Assembly: GCA_965216755.1 (NCBI GenBank)
Contig: CBDCGL010000011.1
Coordinates: 832,001 to 896,000 of the forward strand
DNA: 64,000 bases
Reading direction: 5' to 3'
Source of the DNA: Alphaproteobacteria bacterium
GTDB taxonomy: Bacteria; Pseudomonadota; Alphaproteobacteria; UBA7887
The position numbers and the translations under genes were made by a program. Below the pieces are notes generated by a model that was not told where the DNA came from, did no database searches, and saw only the letters and a list, made by a program, of their open reading frames with translations. This document shows, one piece after another, positions 56,901 through 64,000 of this stretch. Each line of letters opens with the position of its first letter. The first letter of the stretch is position 1.

Positions 56901-56939
56901 GAACCAAACTAGAACATACAGTAAGTTTTTGTTTTGTTC
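56901..56939. promoter_or_regulatory. Alphaproteobacterial SOS (LexA) boxes
   Basis: GAAC-CAAACTA-GAAC (56901-56915) and degenerate GTTT-N7-GTTC (56925-56939) upstream of lexA; CTTGAC -35-like at 56886. Confidence 0.85.
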
Positions 56940-56984
56940 CCCGGCGCGTCGCCGGGTTGAGTTCCTATCGGGGGGAACGATTCG

Positions 56985-57686
56985 ATGCTGACACGTAAAC
57001 AGTTTGAACTGTTGATGCTGATCAATGAGCGGCTCGAGAAAACGGGGATCTCGCCGTCTTTCGAGGAGATGAAGACAGCGCTGAATCTGCGTTCGAAAAG
57101 TGGCATCCACCGTTTGATCACTGGTCTGGAGGAACGTGGCTTCATTCGGCGCATGCCGCATCGCGCGCGGGCACTGGAAGTGCTGAAACTGCCGTCCGAG
57201 GCGGGCGCGACAGCAAAAATCCCCGATACCCGCGGGGACCTTGGTCCAAACGTGGTGCGTGGCAATTTCGCCGGCGGTGGCCGGCCGGTAGAAATGGCGT
57301 CGCCGATCGTGACCTTGCCGCTGTTTGGTCGAATCGCGGCGGGCACGCCGATCGAAGCCTTGCAGGACCCGACGAACCACGTCGACGTGCCCGCCGATTT
57401 CGTCGGCGGCGGGGATCACTACGCCCTTGAGGTCGCCGGTGATTCCATGATCGATGCAGGTATATTGGACGGGGATATCGCGATCATTCGCCGGTGTGAA
57501 ACCGCCGAGAATGGTTCCATCGTGGTCGCACTGGTCGACGAGGTCGAAGCGACCCTCAAGCGAATCCGGAAAAAGGGTGCGTCCGTCGCGTTGGAGCCCG
57601 CGAATCCCGCCTACGAAACGCGCATCTTCGGACCCGATCGGGTCAAGATTCAAGGACGCCTGGTCGGTTTGTTCCGCTATTATTGA
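56985..57686 (+). CDS. lexA: SOS repressor LexA
   Basis: [25 protein letters not shown] cleavage site, GDSM, TLK. Confidence 0.98.
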   Translation: MLTRKQFELLMLINERLEKTGISPSFEEMKTALNLRSKSGIHRLITGLEERGFIRRMPHRARALEVLKLPSEAGATAKIPDTRGDLGPNVVRGNFAGGGRPVEMASPIVTLPLFGRIAAGTPIEALQDPTNHVDVPADFVGGGDHYALEVAGDSMIDAGILDGDIAIIRRCETAENGSIVVALVDEVEATLKRIRKKGASVALEPANPAYETRIFGPDRVKIQGRLVGLFRYY

Positions 57687-57779
57687 GGCATTGTTCTGGC
57701 GTTGGCGGGCGCACGCGGAGCCCAGCCGTTCACCTTTTTCAGCACGGCGAGTCGTAAACGGAGACGGGTGCCACGGTGT

Positions 57780-58751
57780 TTATCCGCCGGGGACGCCTTG
57801 CGTATTGACGTAAAGGGCATAGAGCGACTGGCTCGCCGCCATGAACAGGCGGTTGCGCAACGCCCCGCCAAAGCAAACGTTCGCACATCTCTCCGGTAAC
57901 GCAATTCGACCGATTTTGGTTCCGTCGGGTGCAAACACGAGGACGCCGTCGAGGTCTTGCGAGCCCATGCCCCAACCGCACCATAAATTGCCGTCGATAT
58001 CGCAGCGCATGCCATCCGGCGTGCCGCCGGGCCCGGCGTCGATCAACACGCGCTTGTTGGTAATCTCGCGGCCATTGGGGGTCACGTTGTAGGCCAGGAT
58101 CTTGCGATGTGGAACGCCGCGCGATTCGACGACATACAAGATCCGTTCGTCTGGCGAAAAGCAGAGTCCATTCGGGCCCAAAACATCGTCGGCGATAAGC
58201 GAGGCAGCGCCGGTCTCGCCATCAATGCGATAGACACCCTGCGGAACCTCCGGTTCGGCTTTGTAGCCCTCGTAATTGCCGAGAATGCCAAACGGCGGAT
58301 CTGTGAACCAAACTGATCCGTCAGACTTGACGACTACATCATTGGGCGAATTGAGCGGCCGGCCCTGCCAACGATCGATCAATGTGGTGACGGTCCCGTC
58401 ATACTCCGTGCGGCTGACGCAACGTCCGCCGTGCTCGCAAGTGATCAGTCGCCCTTTCCGGTCGCGCGTGTGGCCATTGGCGAAATTTGACGGCTTACGA
58501 TAAACGCTGACGCGCCCGGTTTCCTCTTCCCATTTGAGAATGCGGTTGTTGGGAATGTCGCTCCACAGAAGGTAGCGCCCATCGCCAAACCAAACGGGCC
58601 CTTCGGACCAGCGACACCCGGTATAGAGGCGCTCGACGGCCGCACTGAATATTCTGTAGGCTTCAAACCGCTCGTCCAGAATTTCAATGGCCGGATCGGG
58701 ATAGCGTGGATTGACCCGCCAACCACCGCTCAACGGATGTTCTATGGTCAT
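57780..58751 (-). CDS. SMP-30/gluconolactonase family protein
   Basis: EGPVW, WSDIPNN, NSPNDVV, PNGLCFSPD, PDGMRCD. Confidence 0.93.
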   Translation of the reverse strand: MTIEHPLSGGWRVNPRYPDPAIEILDERFEAYRIFSAAVERLYTGCRWSEGPVWFGDGRYLLWSDIPNNRILKWEEETGRVSVYRKPSNFANGHTRDRKGRLITCEHGGRCVSRTEYDGTVTTLIDRWQGRPLNSPNDVVVKSDGSVWFTDPPFGILGNYEGYKAEPEVPQGVYRIDGETGAASLIADDVLGPNGLCFSPDERILYVVESRGVPHRKILAYNVTPNGREITNKRVLIDAGPGGTPDGMRCDIDGNLWCGWGMGSQDLDGVLVFAPDGTKIGRIALPERCANVCFGGALRNRLFMAASQSLYALYVNTQGVPGG

Positions 58752-58800
58752 CGCAATTGCCGCCCTTGCCAAATTTCTCTTCGCTCCAACGCAGAGGTGA

Positions 58801-60381
58801 CTACGTGACGCCATCCGGCGCCCGGAACACACCACCGCGACGCGGATCGCCGTATCCGGAAAACTGGCGATGTCCGCGATCGAATCTGACACAGTGGACC
58901 CCACCGAAAAAGATCGAACGATCTGGCCATTGTTGAACTGACTCGAATCGACGCTGAAGGGCTTCGATGACCGGCTCATCAAATCCGGCTTCGACATGAA
59001 CCACGGCATCCGCGTCAACATGAATCCGCGGCGCCTCAACCGCTTTGTCCACGGCCAATCGGAAGTCCATTACGTTCAGCAGGACTTGCAGGATGGCGGT
59101 ACGAATGCGATTGGAGCCGCCAGATCCAAGAACGAATTCCACCTGCTCTTTGTCGTTCAAGGCCAGGGTCGGCGCCATCATCGACGCCATGCGTGTGTCT
59201 TCGGGCCACGCACCGAATCCATGGGGGTTTATATCCGCCTCGCCCAACATGTTGTTCATCATGATCCCTGTGCCGGGAATAACATAGGCCGCGCCCTCGC
59301 CGTTCGACGCGGTCATCGCGACAGCATTGCCGTCGCCGTCGATTACACTGATGTGCGTGGTGCCGCGCGAGGACTTCGGAGCCTTGGATAGACGCGCGCG
59401 ATAGTCGACGACACGATCCGGACTCAAGAGCGCGTGGACGTCCGCCTCGTGGCCACTGTCCATTCCACTTTCCTGTCGCGCTTCATTGGTCAGCGTCATG
59501 ATGTGCGCCAATTTGACCAGATGACCGGCCGAGGCAAAGTCCTCGCGCCACAACATTGTGGCCCGGGCGAGTTCAAGTCCGAAGGCGATGAGGACACCAC
59601 CGGTCGAAGGCGGCGGATTGGTGAACAATTGGGCATCGCCATGCCGCAGCGTCAAAGGTTCCCTTCGATGGACCTCAAAAGCAGAAAAATCCTGCCTGTC
59701 GAGATGTCCGCCACCCTCCGCGCAATCTTTCGCGACATGTGCTGCCACGTCACCCTTCGTAAACAGAGTCTCGCCCTCTCCCGCGAGTGACTCCAGAAAG
59801 TCGCCGAAGTGCGCATTCATGAATAACTCACCTTCGCACAGAACCCCACCTTTTCTGCGGCGGCTTCCGAACAGTGCTCGGCTTTCTTTCCCGGACAAAT
59901 ATATGTCGCGGACAACTTCGAAAATCGATGCTTGCAACGCATTTATGCGAACCCCACGTCGCGCCAGAAAAAGCGCAGGTTCAACAATCCGCTGCATTGG
60001 CATTCTGCCGAGGTCCCGGTGAGCGGCAAACAGACCTTTCACCATGCCTGGCGTGGCCATTGCGCCGAGGCCAATATGGAATTCCTGCAAGGTTGTGCCA
60101 AAGTCGGCGTGGACAGATCTGAAATCTGTTTCAGCCGCTGTTCGCCGCCGCCGCGGAGTCTGCGCAAAAAAGTCGTAGAGGACCGGCCTCCCGTCGATCG
60201 GTCGCGCCAACAAAAATCCGCCCCCGCCGAGCGATGTCAAGACCGGTTCGGCCACGCAAGCAACGAACATTCCGGCGATCACTGCATCGAACGCATTGCC
60301 GCCTTCTTGCAAAATGATTTGGGCCGCCTTTGCAGTGTCCGCGTGACCCGCGGCGACGGCACCCCATTGAGTGCGATCCAT
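58801..60381 (-). CDS. Gamma-glutamyltransferase family protein (no signal peptide)
   Basis: GGNAFDA, LGGGGF, GTTHISVID nucleophile, MNNM, SMMAP, GSGG, DPRRGG. Confidence 0.92.
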   Translation of the reverse strand: MDRTQWGAVAAGHADTAKAAQIILQEGGNAFDAVIAGMFVACVAEPVLTSLGGGGFLLARPIDGRPVLYDFFAQTPRRRRTAAETDFRSVHADFGTTLQEFHIGLGAMATPGMVKGLFAAHRDLGRMPMQRIVEPALFLARRGVRINALQASIFEVVRDIYLSGKESRALFGSRRRKGGVLCEGELFMNAHFGDFLESLAGEGETLFTKGDVAAHVAKDCAEGGGHLDRQDFSAFEVHRREPLTLRHGDAQLFTNPPPSTGGVLIAFGLELARATMLWREDFASAGHLVKLAHIMTLTNEARQESGMDSGHEADVHALLSPDRVVDYRARLSKAPKSSRGTTHISVIDGDGNAVAMTASNGEGAAYVIPGTGIMMNNMLGEADINPHGFGAWPEDTRMASMMAPTLALNDKEQVEFVLGSGGSNRIRTAILQVLLNVMDFRLAVDKAVEAPRIHVDADAVVHVEAGFDEPVIEALQRRFESVQQWPDRSIFFGGVHCVRFDRGHRQFSGYGDPRRGGVFRAPDGVT

Positions 60382-60514
60382 TGACGCGCCGATACCCGTT
60401 GCATGTCAATCAAAAGAGTCATCCGAGAATAGCGAAAACAGCATCGCCCGTCTTGGTTTATCTAGCCGGCGCGCCAATCGTTTCCCGTTGGTGCGCCATA
60501 GCACGTCAATCTGT

Positions 60515-60536
60515 ATTATCTTTCTGGAAAGATAAT
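60515..60536. promoter_or_regulatory. Perfect palindrome, putative MarR operator
   Basis: ATTATCTTTC-TG-GAAAGATAAT between divergent ggt and marR. Confidence 0.75.
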
Positions 60537-60609
60537 CGAAGGACTAAAGGAATCTGCTAATTTATATGTGCTTGATGATTGGTCATTGTTGTTCGCATCG
60601 GGGGCACAC

Positions 60610-61122
60610 ATGTCAAACAACTGGTCGACGAACGATATATTGCAGCTCATGGAAAATAACTGGCCTGAAATCGTTTTGCCACGCATGTGCCTGATGGTGC
60701 GTTTCCGACGCGTTCAAGAGCTGTTGGTAGCCGCAGTAAACGATATTCACGCGCGCCATGACTTGACGTCGGGAGAAGTCGCGGCACTGATGACATTGCG
60801 ATCATTGTCCACGCCGTACGCGGCGACACCGTCAGATCTATCCCATGCCATTCCGATGACGTCGGGCGGCCTAACAAAGGTTCTGAAGAGCCTTGAGCGG
60901 CGCAAGCTTGTCCGGCGCAGTATCAGCGGCGATGATGCACGGAGCAAGCCGATTCAGTTGACAGCCAAGGGGCGGCGTCTGGCAGAGAGCATCGTTCCAA
61001 AACTTGCTGCCGCCGAATTTGCCGTGATCTCAGCCGCGTTGTCCGCGCGCGAGCGTGACCTGCTATCACGCCTTCTTCAGAAGACCCTTGACCGAGCCGA
61101 ACGCGACCATACGGAAACCTAG
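60610..61122 (+). CDS. MarR-family regulator (PecS/TamR-like)
   Basis: LMTLRS..PY..TPSDL, MTSGGLT, LERRKLVRR, DARS..IQLTAKG. Confidence 0.9.
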   Translation: MSNNWSTNDILQLMENNWPEIVLPRMCLMVRFRRVQELLVAAVNDIHARHDLTSGEVAALMTLRSLSTPYAATPSDLSHAIPMTSGGLTKVLKSLERRKLVRRSISGDDARSKPIQLTAKGRRLAESIVPKLAAAEFAVISAALSARERDLLSRLLQKTLDRAERDHTET

Positions 61123-61192
61123 CGATCTAGGAGTCGTTTGGCGAAATCGCCTGAATCCGACGCCATCGCTTGGGATCGCTCTCGTCCAATCT

Positions 61193-62245
61193 CTATTCCA
61201 AATATCCTAGCTCACGCCACTCGCTATAACTGTCGCGAAACTGCTTGTAGCTTCCGTAGACTTCTGCGAACAGAGGGTCCGAAGCCGATGCTTCTTCCGC
61301 AACCTCATTCCACGCGCCACGAAACGCCTGGATCTGTTCGTCGGTCCATTTGTGAATTTGAACGCCATGCGAACGGTGGAATTCCAAGGCTTCACCTTGC
61401 GATGCATCGCCCTTGGCCATCATCCACATATTTGCTTCGCCGCAGGTCACCTCGATCATCCGTTTATAGGCATCGGGTAACGCCTGATATCGTTCGAGAT
61501 TGATAATCAGCTCGACAAACGATGCCTGCTGGTGCCAGCCCGGAAAGTAGTTGTGCTTGGCGATTTGATAGAATCCGAGCTGGCGATCCAGCCCCGGATA
61601 AGAGAATTCGGTGGCATCGATCGTGCCGAGTTCCAAGGCTGTGTAGATATCGCCGCTGGCCAGAAGCTGCGTGGAAACACCGAACTTCTCCATCACTTGC
61701 GCGCCGAGCCCGAAAAAACGCATTTTCAAGCCATCAAGTTGGTCGAGCGACACGATTTCCTCCCGAAACCAACCGGACGATTCGGCAACCACCATGCCAC
61801 ATTGGAAGCCTTGCACGCCACGCGCATTGTATTCTCGGTCGTATATCTCTTTGCCGCCCCCATGGTGGATCCAGCCGAGATATTCGCTAACCGATGGCCC
61901 GAACGGGACCGAACTGAAGAAAACCAAACCTGGAAACTTGCCGGCATGGAAACCCGTTGTCGTGTATGACAAATCAACCGCGCCGACCGCGACGGAATCG
62001 AAAACCTCCAGGGCCGGCACCAAAGCTCCGGGTTCAAAGAACCGAATCTTGAAGTTGCCGAACGACATGACATCGATTGTATCAATGACCCGTGCGATGT
62101 TCTCGCCGGGTACGTCGAGTGTCGACGGATAGGACGACGCCAGCTTCCAGCGCACTTTTTCTTGCGCTTGGGCAAGCCCAATCGTGGCAACTGCGACAAG
62201 TCCGATCGCAAACGATCGCGAGATGATATCGGTCATACTGATCAT
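61193..62245 (-). CDS. TRAP transporter solute-binding protein DctP (TakP-like)
   Basis: Signal peptide, VRWKLASSYP, PGALVP, GWFR, GLKMR, YFPGWHQ. Confidence 0.92.
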   Translation of the reverse strand: MISMTDIISRSFAIGLVAVATIGLAQAQEKVRWKLASSYPSTLDVPGENIARVIDTIDVMSFGNFKIRFFEPGALVPALEVFDSVAVGAVDLSYTTTGFHAGKFPGLVFFSSVPFGPSVSEYLGWIHHGGGKEIYDREYNARGVQGFQCGMVVAESSGWFREEIVSLDQLDGLKMRFFGLGAQVMEKFGVSTQLLASGDIYTALELGTIDATEFSYPGLDRQLGFYQIAKHNYFPGWHQQASFVELIINLERYQALPDAYKRMIEVTCGEANMWMMAKGDASQGEALEFHRSHGVQIHKWTDEQIQAFRGAWNEVAEEASASDPLFAEVYGSYKQFRDSYSEWRELGYLE

Positions 62246-62287
62246 TTTTGCCTCCCAAATCTGCGCTGCCGAAGCATAGCACGTCCG

Positions 62288-64000
62288 CTAGCGGCCACGC
62301 TTGGTGACCCAAGGCCGATCGCCGCGACGTGCGCGCACCGACTCAATTCTGATGTCGTCGGGCAGGAAGAAGACCGCGTGCGCGCCATTCCGCCAAATAT
62401 CAAATCGATCGACCACGTGGGGCGTATCCGGGCACGCGTCGCGCACCGGAACCGCACTGATAATCACGTCGCTGGTGCCGCAGTCATCGACCAGCGCCCG
62501 GCCGTCCGTGACCAACGCGGCGGTCCGTGTGCCAACTTCAAATCGACAACCGAGAGCGTCGCAGCGTAAAGTGCGACCGCCCTTGTCTACGTCACCGGAC
62601 GGTGACCAGGTGACCGGCATGGTCTGTCCTTGGCGACGGGTCCAGATCTTGCCGGCAAACCGTCCATGTCGTTGGCTGGACAACAATAGACGGTCGGTCC
62701 CGTCCCGAATGGCGAAGAGCTTGGCATTGTCGTTGACAAGAATGTCGGGACGTGTGGCGAAGTTTGCCGCAACCATTCCTGCGCATATTAATCCCGCGCC
62801 ATACCATCGCCATGGCCGGCGCCACAAGCAAATCCATAGACCGCCCAAAATGATGATAACCAAGGCAAACGTCGGCATCGTGCCAACGGCCCAAACCGCC
62901 GACGGCCAGCGCGACACGGTCTCCGCAACCGTCAAAACGATGTCTATGCCCCAGCCCATGAGTTTTAGCGCTGGCGCATCCATGCCAAACGGCATCAGCC
63001 CCAGGGCCAGTAGCCCGATCGGCATAATCCACATCGCGGTCACTGGAACCGCAACTAGATTCGCCACCAGACCGAACGTCGCGATTTGACCAAAGTGAAA
63101 GGCCGCAAATGGCGCGGTCGCTAGGCTCGCAATGCAGGTGGTCAAAGCGACACCGACGAAATAGAGCGGCAACCCACGCACGTGCAGCCACTCTTTAGGG
63201 CGCCGCGCCGACCGAAATCTGTCGCGCGCAACTTCGTATGTCGCGATGAGCGCAACGACGGCAGCAAACGACATTTGAAAGCTAATATTTATCAGACTTT
63301 CTGGCCGCAACACCAAGATCACGACGGCGGCCCAGGCGACGAGACGCATCGAAATCGCCGCGCGATCGATCAGAACCGCGAACAACACAACGCCAACCAT
63401 CAAAAATGCCCGCTGCGTGGGCACCGTGGCGCCCGTGATCAACATATAGCTTAAGGCAACAAACAACGCGGCAACCGCGGCCCATTTCTTGATCGGTACA
63501 CGCAATGCGACGATCGGAATGGCTGCGAATAAGGCGCGGGTTATGAAAAATATGGTGGCTGATGCCAACCCAATATGGAGCCCGGAGATGGCCAACAAAT
63601 GCGCCAAACCAGCTCGACGCATCTGTTCCCAGACCGTATCCGTGATCGCGCGCCGGTTGCCGGTCAACAGAGCCGCCGCAACCGCGCCATTATCGCCGTC
63701 CAAGACCGCAAGCACCCGCTCGGTAATCGCCAGTCGAAGCCGCTGTATAGTTACGTTCCATGACCTGGCTTGGCGAGCCGGTCCAACCGCGCGAACATCG
63801 GACACGGCCCAGCCAACCGCTCCGACACGCCCGAAATACAGTTGCCGCGCAAAGTCGAAGGCACCAGGCGCGACAGGCTCGGGCGGCGGCCGTAGAACGG
63901 CGCGCAATGCGATGCGCGCGCCGGCTGCGGCACCATCACTTTGGGTCCGGATATTGATCCTGACGCGCGCGGGCGTTTGATCGATTGGCCAGTCCCCGAT
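62288..64000 (-). CDS. comEC: ComEC/Rec2 competence protein, 5' end outside window
   Basis: PGAFDFARQLYF, GLAHLLAISGLH, PTQRAFLM, SFQMSFAAV, ANLVAVP. Confidence 0.95.
   Translation of the reverse strand: MGDWPIDQTPARVRINIRTQSDGAAAGARIALRAVLRPPPEPVAPGAFDFARQLYFGRVGAVGWAVSDVRAVGPARQARSWNVTIQRLRLAITERVLAVLDGDNGAVAAALLTGNRRAITDTVWEQMRRAGLAHLLAISGLHIGLASATIFFITRALFAAIPIVALRVPIKKWAAVAALFVALSYMLITGATVPTQRAFLMVGVVLFAVLIDRAAISMRLVAWAAVVILVLRPESLINISFQMSFAAVVALIATYEVARDRFRSARRPKEWLHVRGLPLYFVGVALTTCIASLATAPFAAFHFGQIATFGLVANLVAVPVTAMWIMPIGLLALGLMPFGMDAPALKLMGWGIDIVLTVAETVSRWPSAVWAVGTMPTFALVIIILGGLWICLWRRPWRWYGAGLICAGMVAANFATRPDILVNDNAKLFAIRDGTDRLLLSSQRHGRFAGKIWTRRQGQTMPVTWSPSGDVDKGGRTLRCDALGCRFEVGTRTAALVTDGRALVDDCGTSDVIISAVPVRDACPDTPHVVDRFDIWRNGAHAVFFLPDDIRIESVRARRGDRPWVTKRGR

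Overview
Alphaproteobacterial chromosome segment, judged from the GAAC-N7-GAAC LexA box, CIRCE-controlled groESL, and the dusB-ntrBC-ntrYX-trkAH-dat-hfq-hflX and tpiA-secG-pyrG-kdsA-eno-ftsB-pdhABC-lpdA-lipA gene orders. 1-16 kb is an accessory surface-glycan locus: a NodB-type deacetylase running off the left edge, four glycosyltransferases, a WbaP-type priming transferase, a Tat-exported beta-helix protein, a single-chain ABC exporter, an O-antigen ligase/polymerase-like protein and an SGNH protein. It is interrupted by degenerate IS110, IS3 and IS5 fragments. 16-57.7 kb is ordinary core genome; pdhB carries one extra base and lacks a lipoyl domain. 57.7-62.3 kb is a small accessory module between lexA and comEC (SMP-30 lactonase, cytoplasmic GGT, PecS-like MarR with a perfect palindromic operator, orphan TRAP DctP). 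No CRISPR array, RNA gene, prophage or defence system was seen, and no clearly new system is demonstrated. The best leads are the glycan locus architecture and the MarR/GGT module. All family assignments come from motif recognition by eye, not database searches.
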